Source: Planctomycetota bacterium (GTDB lineage Bacteria; Planctomycetota; JAJSAM01; JAJVHW01). Taken from it: DNA of 64,000 nucleotides. Positions 36,431 through 46,558 of the stretch are shown here, piece by piece. The stretch's first letter is position 1. Every line of letters starts with the position of its first letter. Below the pieces are notes generated by a model. It saw only the letters and a list, made by a program, of their open reading frames with translations. It had not been told where the DNA came from and made no database searches. Location of the stretch: positions 256,001 to 320,000 of the forward strand of contig CBDFJG010000001.1 of assembly GCA_965248445.1 (NCBI GenBank), given 5' to 3'. The translations under genes and the position numbers were made by a program.

Positions 36431-38494
36431 ATGACTCTCACGCGCATCTGCTTCATTGCCGGGGCTGCCGCACTGGCACTTCTCGCCACGCCCGCCGGAG
36501 CGCAGGACACGCCCGGTCTTACGGTTCAGGACGTCGCGCGCACCCGTTCCGTCGGATCGGCGCTCATCTCCCCGGATGGCAAGCTCATCGCGTACACGCT
36601 GAACGTGCCGCGCGACATCACCACCGAGGACGACGGACCGCAGTGGACGGAGCTGCACCTGATCGGGTCCGACGGTTCGAGCCGCGCGTTTGTGAGCGGC
36701 CAGGTGAACGTCGGCGGCGTGCAGTGGGCCGGCGACAGCACCCGGATCTCCTTCCTTACGAAGAGGGAGAAGGACGAGGCCGGCGCCCTCTACGTGATCG
36801 ACGTCACCGGCGGCGAGGCACAGAAGGTCTTCGAGTTCGACGGGGGCATCGGCAGCTACACGTGGCGACCCGGCGGCATGGAGATCGCGTTCATCTCCGC
36901 CGGCCCGGAGCCGGAGGAGCGCAAGAAGCAGAAGGAGAAGGGCTTCAGCCAGGAGATCTACGAGGAGGACCGGCTGGCTCCCGCGCTGTGGATCGCGGAA
37001 GTCGGTGACGACGCCGCGGAGCCGCGCAAGCTGGAACTGCCGGGGTTCCCGTCCGACCCGTCGTGGAGCCCGGACGGCGGTCGGCTCGCGGTCGCGCTCG
37101 CGCCGACGCCGCACATCGACGACAGCTACATGCGTCGCAAGTTCCACATCGTGAGCGCGGACTCCGGCAGCGTCGCGGCGAAGTTCGACACGCCGGGCAA
37201 GATCGGATCGCTCACGTGGAGCCCGGATGGGACGCAGATCGCATTGATCGCGTCGGAGACGCTGCACGATCCGTCACCGGGCCGGCTGTACCTCGCCCCG
37301 GCTGCCGGGGGCGCGCTGGACGAGCTGCTGCCGGGGCTGCTCGGACACGTGCGCTCGGCCGTCTGGTCGAGCGACACGACGATCGACTTCCTTGCGGACA
37401 AGGACGTCAGCACACACCTTGGCGAGATCGATCTCGCCGCTGACCGCGTCGAGGGCCAGCGCAAGATCCGCTGGCAGGCCACATCACCCGCGATCGTCGG
37501 TTCGATCTCGATCTCCGAAGACGGCGCCGCACACGCGCTCGTTGCCGACTCCCCCGCCCACACCTCCGAGGTGTTCGGCTGCGGGCGAGACCTCGCGCCC
37601 CGCCGCCTGACGGTCAGCAACCCGTGGCTCACGGACGTGCGGCTCGCGCGGCAGGAGGTGGTCGAGTACGTCGCGCGGGACGGGCTGGCGCTCCAGGGCA
37701 TCCTGATCCGGCCGCTCGACGAACAGCCCGAAACGCGGTATCCGCTGGTCGTCGTCGTGCACGGCGGACCGGAGTCGCACTACCGCAACGGCTGGGTGAC
37801 CTGGTACGCGAGCGGCGGGCAGGCATTGGCCGCCAAGGGCTACGCGGTCTTCTATCCGAACTACCGGGCGAGCACCGGCCGCGGCGTCGAGTTCTCGATG
37901 CTCGACCACGGGGACATGGCCGGGAAGGAGTTCGACGACCTCGTGGACGGCGTCGACCACCTCGTGAAGTCGGGTCTCGTCGATCGCAAGAAGGTGGGCG
38001 TAACGGGCGGCTCGTACGGCGGGTACGCGAGCGCATGGTGCGCAACGGCGCTGACGGAGCACTTCGCCGCTTCGGTGATGAGCGTCGGTCTCTCGGACCA
38101 GGTATCGTTCGCGGGCACGACGGACATCCCCAACGAGATGGTCCTCGTGCACTACCGCGTCCGTCCCTGGGAGGACTGGGATCTGTACCGCGAGCGCAGC
38201 CCGATCTACCACACACCGACCGCGCGCACTCCCATCCTGATCCTCCACGGCAAGGAGGACACGCGCGTGCACCCGAGTCAGTCACTCGAGCTCTACCGCT
38301 ACCTGAAGGTGCTCGGCAAGACTCCGGTGCGGCTCGTGCTCTACCCGGGCGAGGGACACGGCAATCGTCGCGCCGCCTCGCGTCTGGACTACTCGCTGCG
38401 CCTGTTCCGCTGGATGGACCACTACCTCAAGGGGCCGGGCGGCGACCCGCCGCCGTACGAGCTCGACTACGGAATGGACGAGGAGTCCGATTGA
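36431..38494 (+). CDS. S9 (prolyl oligopeptidase / acylaminoacyl) peptidase
   Basis: SPDG propeller repeats, VHGGP, PNYRAS, GGSYGG, LHGKEDTRV, EGHG. Confidence 0.93.
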   Translation: MTLTRICFIAGAAALALLATPAGAQDTPGLTVQDVARTRSVGSALISPDGKLIAYTLNVPRDITTEDDGPQWTELHLIGSDGSSRAFVSGQVNVGGVQWAGDSTRISFLTKREKDEAGALYVIDVTGGEAQKVFEFDGGIGSYTWRPGGMEIAFISAGPEPEERKKQKEKGFSQEIYEEDRLAPALWIAEVGDDAAEPRKLELPGFPSDPSWSPDGGRLAVALAPTPHIDDSYMRRKFHIVSADSGSVAAKFDTPGKIGSLTWSPDGTQIALIASETLHDPSPGRLYLAPAAGGALDELLPGLLGHVRSAVWSSDTTIDFLADKDVSTHLGEIDLAADRVEGQRKIRWQATSPAIVGSISISEDGAAHALVADSPAHTSEVFGCGRDLAPRRLTVSNPWLTDVRLARQEVVEYVARDGLALQGILIRPLDEQPETRYPLVVVVHGGPESHYRNGWVTWYASGGQALAAKGYAVFYPNYRASTGRGVEFSMLDHGDMAGKEFDDLVDGVDHLVKSGLVDRKKVGVTGGSYGGYASAWCATALTEHFAASVMSVGLSDQVSFAGTTDIPNEMVLVHYRVRPWEDWDLYRERSPIYHTPTARTPILILHGKEDTRVHPSQSLELYRYLKVLGKTPVRLVLYPGEGHGNRRAASRLDYSLRLFRWMDHYLKGPGGDPPPYELDYGMDEESD

Positions 38495-39507
38495 CCGGCG
38501 ACGCGGACGACCCGCCGCGACGGCGCTCGTTGCGCGCAAAGCTCCTCCTCTGCGGCGCTTCGCTCGTGATCGCTCTCCTGCTGGCCGAGCTATCGGTCCG
38601 CGCCCTCGGCATCGGCGCGTTTCACGAGCCGCGACGGTCGTTCTACGGATTCAAGACGTACCCCGGCACGGAGGCTTGGGGTTTCGAACCCGGCGCTGAC
38701 GCGTGGTTCTCGTGGGCCGGCGATCCGTACGACAACTTGCCGGCCGACGGGCAGATGGTCGTGACGCTCAACGAGTTCGGCCTGCGCGGCGCCGAGCCGC
38801 CCGCCGGTTACCCGGCCACGCTGTTCCTCGGCGACTCGTTCACATTCGGCGAGGGCGTGCCTCTTGATCACACGTTCGTGCGCCGAGTCGAGAGCGCGCT
38901 CGAACCGGAGGGACGGGTGTGTGTGAACGCGGGTGTGCCGGGATTCGGAACGCCCCAGCAGGCCGCCCGCCTGCCCACCTGGCTCGAGGACTTTCGGCCG
39001 AAGTCGGTCGTGCTCGTCTTCGTGCTGAACGACCCCATCCCGTTCGAGGACTCGAAGAACCGCGACGGGGACTTCATGAAGACATCCGGCCGGGAACCAT
39101 CCGCCCTCCGGCTCGTGGAGTTGTTTCGGGGCGTTGCGCGCACCGGCAAGACCGAAGAGTGGTATCGCTCGTTCTACGCCGGCGAGCGAGAGGATGCGTG
39201 GGCACGCTCGCGCGCACTGATCGGCGACATGCACGCCATGTGCACCGAGGCGAACGCCCGCTTCGGTGTCGCGCTGTTCCCGCTCCTCCACCGCGTCTCG
39301 AACAGCCCGTTTGCGCCGCTGCACGAGATGGTCCGAGAAGCATGCCGCGAGATGGAGATTCCGTACGTGGACCTGACGCCTGCGCTCCGGGACTCAGGCG
39401 ATTCCGAGCTGTGGGTCCACCCCGCAGACCACCATCCCAGCAGACGCGCGCACGAACTGGTGTCGAGGCCGCTCACGGACTTCGTGAAGGCGCTCCACCA
39501 GGACTGA
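38491..39507 (+). CDS. Membrane-anchored SGNH/GDSL hydrolase
   Basis: TM, NEFGLRG, LGDSFTFG, NAGVPG, FVLND, DHHPS; TTG overlaps the upstream stop. Confidence 0.85.
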   Translation: MTGDADDPPRRRSLRAKLLLCGASLVIALLLAELSVRALGIGAFHEPRRSFYGFKTYPGTEAWGFEPGADAWFSWAGDPYDNLPADGQMVVTLNEFGLRGAEPPAGYPATLFLGDSFTFGEGVPLDHTFVRRVESALEPEGRVCVNAGVPGFGTPQQAARLPTWLEDFRPKSVVLVFVLNDPIPFEDSKNRDGDFMKTSGREPSALRLVELFRGVARTGKTEEWYRSFYAGEREDAWARSRALIGDMHAMCTEANARFGVALFPLLHRVSNSPFAPLHEMVREACREMEIPYVDLTPALRDSGDSELWVHPADHHPSRRAHELVSRPLTDFVKALHQD

Positions 39508-39547
39508 CAGCACGCAGATCGCGGTCCTGTCCGTAGGAGGCCCCGCC

Positions 39548-41044
39548 GTGAACTACGAGACATCCTTGGCGTACCCCTTGCGGTTGTTCTCCCGCGTCAT
39601 CGGAATACTGATCGTCATCCTCATCACCGCGACGGCAATCGACCTCTGGTACTCCGGTGTGCGGCTGGACGAGCTGTCCGCGTCACCTCTCCAGATGCGT
39701 ACGCTGACGTCGACAGTCTCGCGCGCGTTCAACAACCTGATGGCGATGGTGATGGCCTTCATCGCCCTCGCGGTCCCGCTCACGGCGAACATGTACACGC
39801 CGAAGCTGGTCGAGATCTTCCTGCGAGACCGCGTCAACGTCGTCGTGCTGCTGTTCTTCGCGGTGCTCGGCGCCCACGCTCTCTTCGTGCAGGCGATCTT
39901 GTTCGACCAGTGGACTCCGGGCGTGCACCTCGCCGTCTCCACGGGCGCCATCGTTCTCGGGTACACGATTCTCGTTCCGTACTACTTCTACGTGCTCGGG
40001 TTCCTGGATCCTGACCGGATCATCGAACGCGTGAGCGCGCGCGTCACCGACGAGTACCCAGCGATCGTCGCCGGAGAGCGCGACGATGCGACGGCACGCA
40101 CGCGGCTGCACGACCGGGTCGAGAACCTCGGCAACATCATCCTGCGCGCGATCGGCCGCGCCGACCGCGACGTCGCGCTCTCGGCGATCAGGTCGCTCCG
40201 TAAAGCGATCGACAGCTACCACGAGATCAAGCCCACGATCGGCGACTCGTGGTTCGAAGTGGATCGCGATCTGTTCGTTGGCCTGTCCACCGAGGCGATC
40301 GAGCTGATGCAGCGCGATCGAACGTGGGTCGAGCACGAGCGTCTCTCCCAGCTCCGGCTCGCGTACCGCTCCGCGCTGGCGACGATGCCGGACGTGGTCA
40401 GCGCCATCTCGAACGTGACGCGTGAAGTGGCGGTGCTGGCGGCCTCTCGCAACGACCGGCAGCTCGTAACGCTGTGTGTCAGGTTCTTCAACACGTTCTT
40501 GCGCGCAGGCATCCGGAACGCGGACGTGCACGCGATCTACGACGTCTTCCACCAGTACCGCCAGCTCGCGCGCGAACTCCTGAACACGCACCCCGACATC
40601 GCGATCGAAATCGGACGCCACTTTCTCTACTACGCGCGGTTCGCGCACTTCCAGAAGATGCCGTTCGTTCACGAGCTCGCCGCACAGGAGGTGTCGGAGA
40701 TCGCGCGAAGCGCCTACGACTGCGATGCGGAGGGACGCCGAGAACTGATCGAGGTCTTCCTCGCGTTCGGAGACGACATCGAGTCGTCGCGGAAAGAGAC
40801 CGCCGGCGCTGTGCTCGCGGGCTACTTCGATGGGCGCGACCTCACCGAGCAGAGGGACGCGGTCCTGCACTCGCTCCGTAACGCCAGTGCCGACATGCTG
40901 AGTGAGGCGCGCAAGCGGCTGATCGGTTGCGACAACCCGATCTTCTGGGAGGTCACCGACCGCCAGAAGAACCTCGACTACGTCGAACCCGGACTTCGCG
41001 CCAACGCCATCAGGGTCTTGGACGACCTCATCGCGCAGAGCTAA
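39548..41044 (+). CDS. DUF2254-like membrane protein
   Basis: Four N-terminal TM helices, ANMYTPKL, helical soluble C-terminus. Confidence 0.7.
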   Translation: MNYETSLAYPLRLFSRVIGILIVILITATAIDLWYSGVRLDELSASPLQMRTLTSTVSRAFNNLMAMVMAFIALAVPLTANMYTPKLVEIFLRDRVNVVVLLFFAVLGAHALFVQAILFDQWTPGVHLAVSTGAIVLGYTILVPYYFYVLGFLDPDRIIERVSARVTDEYPAIVAGERDDATARTRLHDRVENLGNIILRAIGRADRDVALSAIRSLRKAIDSYHEIKPTIGDSWFEVDRDLFVGLSTEAIELMQRDRTWVEHERLSQLRLAYRSALATMPDVVSAISNVTREVAVLAASRNDRQLVTLCVRFFNTFLRAGIRNADVHAIYDVFHQYRQLARELLNTHPDIAIEIGRHFLYYARFAHFQKMPFVHELAAQEVSEIARSAYDCDAEGRRELIEVFLAFGDDIESSRKETAGAVLAGYFDGRDLTEQRDAVLHSLRNASADMLSEARKRLIGCDNPIFWEVTDRQKNLDYVEPGLRANAIRVLDDLIAQS

Positions 41045-41475
41045 CAGCCGTCGCGCTGCTCCTCCATGCGCTTCTGGATGTCCTCCGGGCTGAGCGTCTC
41101 CTTGCGCGTCGCGAGGTACCACGTGATGCCAGCCGAGTCGGTGATGGCGGCCGTGCGATCGCCGTAGAACTGATCCGCCGGCTCTTCCTTGCTCTCGCCG
41201 CCGGCGGCGACCGCCTGCGCATACATCGCGTCCACATCGGGCACGTACAGGTACAAGATGCTCTTCGTCGGTTCGTTGCCGTGGGCGCAGCCGAGCATCA
41301 CGACCGAGTCGCCGATGCGCACTTCGCCATGCAGGACGTGTCCCTCTCCCTGTTCAACGCGTTCGATGATCGTGGCGCCGAACGCAGCGACGAGGAAGTC
41401 CATGTGCCGCCCCACCTTCGGGACCATCAGGAATGGCTGCACCGTGTGATAGCCCTGTGGAACGCCGTCTGCCAT
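41041..41475 (-). CDS. VOC/PhnB-family glyoxalase-like protein
   Basis: VPQGYHTVQP, HGEVRIGDS, YLYVPDVD, DQFYGDR. Confidence 0.9.
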   Translation of the reverse strand: MADGVPQGYHTVQPFLMVPKVGRHMDFLVAAFGATIIERVEQGEGHVLHGEVRIGDSVVMLGCAHGNEPTKSILYLYVPDVDAMYAQAVAAGGESKEEPADQFYGDRTAAITDSAGITWYLATRKETLSPEDIQKRMEEQRDGC

Positions 41476-41585
41476 CGCTGCCTCCTTCTCGCCGGACGTC
41501 GCAGACGATAGCCGCCGGGGCGCTCGCGCCGCGAACGATCGGTGTCCCGCACCAGGAGTCCCGCGTCCTCGGTAGCCTCCACGCG

Positions 41586-42137
41586 ATGGAAGCGCTCGAT
41601 GCACCCGTTGGACCGATGCGGCGCCTCGTGTCGTCCTTCCTTCTGGTCACCGTGGGCGTGCTCGGACTCAGCGGCCTCCCGAAGTACGTCGAAGCACAGG
41701 ACACGGTCCGCGACTGGATCGACCCTGCGGTCGTCGGACTCGGCCTGTGGCAGACGAGGTGGGAGCTGTACGCCCCGAGCCCCGACAGCACGAACGCCGC
41801 CATCGTGGGCGTGGTGCAGTTCGAGGACGACCTGCGGGCCGAGTGGCGGAGCCCCGACTGGCACGCCCTCTCGTGGAGAGGCAAGCTCCGCTACTTCCGC
41901 CACGCCGAGTACGTCGACGGCGCGCGGCGCAACAGCAACCCCGGGATGTGGGCGCCTCTGGCACGCCATCTCGCCCGCTCGGTGCAGCATCCGGTCGACG
42001 AGTCGGTGCGACCTGTGCGCGTCGAGCTGTGGCGGCACTGGGTCAACCTCCCCGAGCCGGAGGAGCCGCTGCGGCCGTTCGCGGATCCGTTCCCGCTCGA
42101 GAGCAAGTACCGCTTTCACGTCGAGGAACTCGATTGA
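41586..42137 (+). CDS. Hypothetical protein associated with the HTTM gene
   Basis: GLWQTRWELYAPSP; stop overlaps the HTTM start; TAGCCT-7 nt-ATG supports the start. Confidence 0.65.
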   Translation: MEALDAPVGPMRRLVSSFLLVTVGVLGLSGLPKYVEAQDTVRDWIDPAVVGLGLWQTRWELYAPSPDSTNAAIVGVVQFEDDLRAEWRSPDWHALSWRGKLRYFRHAEYVDGARRNSNPGMWAPLARHLARSVQHPVDESVRPVRVELWRHWVNLPEPEEPLRPFADPFPLESKYRFHVEELD

Positions 42138-43051
42138 CGCGGCTCTGGAAACGGATCGTCGCGGGCTGGAACACGTTCTTCTTCCGGCCGTTCGATCTGC
42201 GTGTCGTCTGCACGTTCCGCGTGTTCTACGCGGCCCTCATGCTCGTGAACCTGGCGATCCTCGGACTGGATCTGACGTACTTCTTCGGCCCGGACGGAGT
42301 GCTGCCGCTGGATGCGTCGCAGACGATCGTCAACCGCCACGCGAACACCGTCTTCGCAGTGCTCCCGGACACGAACGAGGTCATCGCGACCGCGTACGGA
42401 TTGACGCTGGCGCACACGTTCCTGCTGCTGATCGGCTGGCATCCACGGCTGCAGGCGTTCTGCCTGTTCTTCTGGCTCGTGTCGTTCCAGCACCGCGCAA
42501 TGCTTCTGTTCGACGGCGAGGATCAGTTGTTCCGCCTGTTCGCGTTCTTTCTGATCTTCATCCCGACACACCGGTTCCGCTCCGTCCACTCATGGCTCCG
42601 CGCCCGGCGGGGTGAGCCGGCGCCGCCCCGCCACGGATGCGCGTGGGCGATGCGCCTCGTCCAGATCCAGATGACGCTGGTCTACGTCGGAGCAGCGGTG
42701 GCGAAGGCTCGTGGCGACGAGTGGCTGGACGGAACGGCGATGTGGTACGTCACGCGGCTGGACGACTCGTTCGGCCGATTCCCAATGCCATCCGCCCTGC
42801 TGGACTCGCTACCGGTCCTGAAGGCGATGACCTGGGGGACTCTTGCGTTCGAGATCGCGCTGCCGGTCTTCCTCTGGTGGCCCCGGACCCGCCGGATCGC
42901 GCTGCTCTGCGCCGTGGCGTTCCACCTCGCCCTCGACTACGCGATGATGATGTTCCTCTTCCATCCCCTCATGCTGGTGGGACTGCTGTCTTTCGCAGCG
43001 GTTCGGAAGGCGGAGACGTCATCAGATCCGCCGCCGCAACTCGACTCTTGA
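42134..43051 (+). CDS. HTTM-domain membrane protein (gamma-carboxylase-like)
   Basis: FGPDGVLP, LLIGWHPR, DGED, RLVQIQ..Y..A..K..G.EWLDGTA, FEI, FHL. Confidence 0.85.
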   Translation: MTRLWKRIVAGWNTFFFRPFDLRVVCTFRVFYAALMLVNLAILGLDLTYFFGPDGVLPLDASQTIVNRHANTVFAVLPDTNEVIATAYGLTLAHTFLLLIGWHPRLQAFCLFFWLVSFQHRAMLLFDGEDQLFRLFAFFLIFIPTHRFRSVHSWLRARRGEPAPPRHGCAWAMRLVQIQMTLVYVGAAVAKARGDEWLDGTAMWYVTRLDDSFGRFPMPSALLDSLPVLKAMTWGTLAFEIALPVFLWWPRTRRIALLCAVAFHLALDYAMMMFLFHPLMLVGLLSFAAVRKAETSSDPPPQLDS

Positions 43052-43301
43052 CGGTCGAAAACGGCGGGGCTGCCGTCGTGCCGAGCCGGGTCACGCACCG
43101 TCTCGTTCTTGGCTCCTCCGTACTCCACGAGCACGGCGCGAACGCTCTTCTGAAGCGTGAGGATGAGGTGCGCGCCACGTTCAGCGGGCGGCTCCCCACC
43201 TCGAGCCACCGCAACCGCCCTCCCGTCTTCATCCCGCAATGCTAGCAAGCGCACCGCGCGACGGCTCGCGCGGGTAGCCTGGACGGCTCGGGAGGTGCGG
43301 C

Positions 43302-46300
43302 ATGCGGCGGATCGTGTTCTCAGCCTTGCTCGTGTGCGCCGCGGCGTGCGGCGGCGATCCGAATCCAGGACCGGCGCCCGGAAACGGATCGACTCCGCCG
43401 GTGGACGTCGCGACTTCGGATCCGTTGCACTGGGTCGACACGCACTTCGCGCCGGGCTGGTTCCCCGAAGCGTCCGAGATGCTCGATGGAGAGAGAGGAG
43501 TCGCGTACGAGGACGGTCCTCCGAGCGACGACGCCGGTGGTGTTTCGCCCCCGGCGACCGAGGCCGCACCGCCCCCCGTGCCGCGACCGCCGGGGCGGCG
43601 CGCGCCGGCCGCCGAGGAAGACGAGGAGAACCCGCGATTCGGCGGCCCGATCACGGGCGGCGGCTACGACAGTCCGACCACCCCCGGAGGTCCGACGTTC
43701 GGTGTTCCCGGCGAGCCGCCGGAGGCGAAGCCCGAGGCCTGGCAGCGATCGTCGCAGACCCCGAACAGCTCGCGGCTGATGGTCGGCGACGAAGCGGAGC
43801 TTCCGCTTCAGTCGTTCCAGGCGACGGTGCGGATCGACGGACACCGCGCACGCATCGTTCTCGACCTCTGCTATCGCAACGACGCCGAGCAGGCACTCGA
43901 GGGCACGTTCAAGCTGCGGCTCCCCGACGACGCGGCCGTTCATCATCTGGCATTCGGCGATGTCGTGAAGGACGCACCGCTGCTGCTGCCCGCGCTCACG
44001 GATACCGTGGCCGATCTGTCGCCCCTCGCGCTCACTGCCGCGCGCGAGACCGGATCCGTGCAGCGCACCGCTCGCGTCGTGCCGCGCGAGAAGGCGCACG
44101 AGGCCTACGCCGCGGAAACCGCGCAGGCGGTCGATCCCGCACTACTCGAGTGGTCAGGCGCAGGCGTCTTCACGACCAGGCTGTTCCCGCTGCAGCCCAA
44201 GAGCACGAGCCGTGTGACGGTCGCCTACGACGTGGAGCTGGACGAGCACGCGGGGAAGCGCTCACTGCGCATCGACGTTCCGGAGAGCGCGCCGGTGACC
44301 CGACTCGCGCTGCTGTCCTCGTCGGCGGCCGCGGTCGCGTCCGAGGATGCCGGCATCCGCGCGTTCACGGCGCTGCCCGCCGGAAGCGGATGGGCTCTCG
44401 CCCGCGACGGACACCACGGGCCTCTCACGATCGAAGTACCGGTGGACCACGCGGGTCCGCTCGTGGGCGACGACCCTGCAATCGGACCGCACTTCGCAGT
44501 CAACGTCACGCCGCAAGTTCCGACCGCGACGGCGGACGCACGGCGCCGGGCGGTCTTCCTGCTCGACGTGTCGATGTCCTCGAACCCGGATCGCATGAAC
44601 GTCTGGCTCGAGTTGATGCGCGCAATCCTCGAACGAAACCGCCCTGAGCTCGCCGAGTTCCAGGTCGTCTACTTCAATACGCGGGCGTGGCAGCGTCGGG
44701 AGTCCTTCCAGGCCAACGTGCCCGACTCCGTGAACCGGTTGCTCGAAGACGCGCGTGGCCTCGCGTTGCACGGGGCATCGGACCCGGGTGCGGCGCTCGC
44801 CCTCGCCGAGCGGGTGCGCACCGAGTCCCGGCGGGACGCGGACGTGTTTCTCATGTCCGACGGCGCCGAGACATGGGGCGTCGAGAACGTGCGCGACGTC
44901 GCGAACCGCGTCGGCGCTCCGCTCTTCTGCTACACGACCGGGCTACCCGGAACGGACATGCGCACGCTGCGCGCGCTCGCACGCGCGACCGGCGGCGCTG
45001 TGTTCTCGGTGACCGGCGCTTCTGATGTTTCCGCCGCGGCTGTTGCACACCGTGCGCGCCCATGGACCATTCGCGAGATCCGTGTGGATGGGTGCGAGGA
45101 CGTGCTCGCCGCCGGCAGACCCGCTTCTCTCTACCCCGGACAGACCCTGAGACTGGCCGGCCGCGGTCGGCCGCGCACGGGAGACGAAGTTGTCATCACG
45201 ATCGAACAGGATGGTGAGACACGGGACCTCCGCGTCACGCTGGGCGGCTCCATCGGGTCGGCGCTCGCCGCGCGCGCCTACGGGCAAATCGCGACCGGAC
45301 AGCTCGAGGATCTCGAAGAACTCGCAGCGGAGGAGGCGCGCGCGTACGCGCTGCACTACCGCGTGACCGGCCCTACGTGCTCGCTGCTGATGCTCGAGAC
45401 GGAGGAGGACTACGCAGAATACGAAATCGTGCCAACAGCGGACGCCGATGTCGTGCGCCGCCGACCGGTCTCGCTGGTCACGCGCGAACTCTCGAGCCGG
45501 ATGGAACGCGCTCGCAGCGATGCACGTGAGGCGTTCCTCCTGTGGCTCGATCGCGTCGAGCGCCTGTCGCCGGACACGTTCGAGGAGCTGGAAGCAGTGC
45601 GTGACGCTGCCCGATCGCTGCCGGTCGAGGCGTTCCGTATCCCGGCGCTGAACGCTCAGGGCGAGCCGCCGGCGCAGTGGGATGACCTGGGCGCCCCGTA
45701 CACCGCCGAGCTCCGCAACGCGGATCCCACGTACGACGCGGTCTGGAGCGAAGCCGGCGGGATGCTCGAGGAGCATGGCGGCGCGAACGCATTGACCGCG
45801 TTGTCCTCGCTGATCGAGTCAGATCCCGGCTCGACCGACCTGATGCGCGACGTCGCCTTCACCGCACTCGACTGGGACCTGCCCCGCGATGCTTACGGAC
45901 TCCTGCATCGCGTCGCCCTCAAGCGCCCGCACGAACCGGAGACCTACCGCGCCCTCGCCGAATCGCTCGCCCGCATGGGCGGGACCGACATGGCGATCCT
46001 GATGTACGAGATCGTCTTGCGCGGCACGTGGCAGGAGCGGTTCGGTGCGTTCACACTCATCACGGCGATGGACTACCGCGGCCTGCTCCGGCGCATCGAG
46101 CGGGGCGAAGCGGAGACCGCTCTCGGCGACCTGGCCGACGACGCGCGCGAACGAATCGCGGCGAAGTACGTGAGCGGCGATGCGGACCTCGTCGTGACGA
46201 TGACCTGGAACACGGATCGCACCGACGTCGATCTCCACGTCGTCGATCCGTCCGAGGAGGTCTGCTACTACGGGCACGCTCGCACGCGCATCGGCGGAGC

Positions 46301-46547
46301 GATCACCAGCGACGTGACAGAGGGGTATGGCCCCGAGATGTTCGTGCTCGGCAAGGCGGTCCCCGGCGAGTACATCGTCAAGGCGCACTATTACGGCTCC
46401 GATTCGCTCCGCAAGACACTACGCAGCCGGGTCTTCGTGACCGTGGCGCGGCGGTTCGGGACCGCCGAGGAGCAGATCGAGCGCCGTGCGTTCCTCTTGA
46501 AGGAGGCGAACGACACGACCGAGGTGCTGCGACTCGACTGGGAGTAG
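43302..46547 (+). CDS. Lipoprotein with VIT, vWA, TPR and DUF2135-like domains
   Basis: CAAAC lipobox, LEGTFKLRLP, LLEWSGAGVF..RLFPL, FLLDVSMS, FLMSDG, MTWNTDRTDVDLHV..DVTEGYGPE. Confidence 0.85.
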   Translation: MRRIVFSALLVCAAACGGDPNPGPAPGNGSTPPVDVATSDPLHWVDTHFAPGWFPEASEMLDGERGVAYEDGPPSDDAGGVSPPATEAAPPPVPRPPGRRAPAAEEDEENPRFGGPITGGGYDSPTTPGGPTFGVPGEPPEAKPEAWQRSSQTPNSSRLMVGDEAELPLQSFQATVRIDGHRARIVLDLCYRNDAEQALEGTFKLRLPDDAAVHHLAFGDVVKDAPLLLPALTDTVADLSPLALTAARETGSVQRTARVVPREKAHEAYAAETAQAVDPALLEWSGAGVFTTRLFPLQPKSTSRVTVAYDVELDEHAGKRSLRIDVPESAPVTRLALLSSSAAAVASEDAGIRAFTALPAGSGWALARDGHHGPLTIEVPVDHAGPLVGDDPAIGPHFAVNVTPQVPTATADARRRAVFLLDVSMSSNPDRMNVWLELMRAILERNRPELAEFQVVYFNTRAWQRRESFQANVPDSVNRLLEDARGLALHGASDPGAALALAERVRTESRRDADVFLMSDGAETWGVENVRDVANRVGAPLFCYTTGLPGTDMRTLRALARATGGAVFSVTGASDVSAAAVAHRARPWTIREIRVDGCEDVLAAGRPASLYPGQTLRLAGRGRPRTGDEVVITIEQDGETRDLRVTLGGSIGSALAARAYGQIATGQLEDLEELAAEEARAYALHYRVTGPTCSLLMLETEEDYAEYEIVPTADADVVRRRPVSLVTRELSSRMERARSDAREAFLLWLDRVERLSPDTFEELEAVRDAARSLPVEAFRIPALNAQGEPPAQWDDLGAPYTAELRNADPTYDAVWSEAGGMLEEHGGANALTALSSLIESDPGSTDLMRDVAFTALDWDLPRDAYGLLHRVALKRPHEPETYRALAESLARMGGTDMAILMYEIVLRGTWQERFGAFTLITAMDYRGLLRRIERGEAETALGDLADDARERIAAKYVSGDADLVVTMTWNTDRTDVDLHVVDPSEEVCYYGHARTRIGGAITSDVTEGYGPEMFVLGKAVPGEYIVKAHYYGSDSLRKTLRSRVFVTVARRFGTAEEQIERRAFLLKEANDTTEVLRLDWE

Positions 46548-46558
46548 CATCCCGCACC

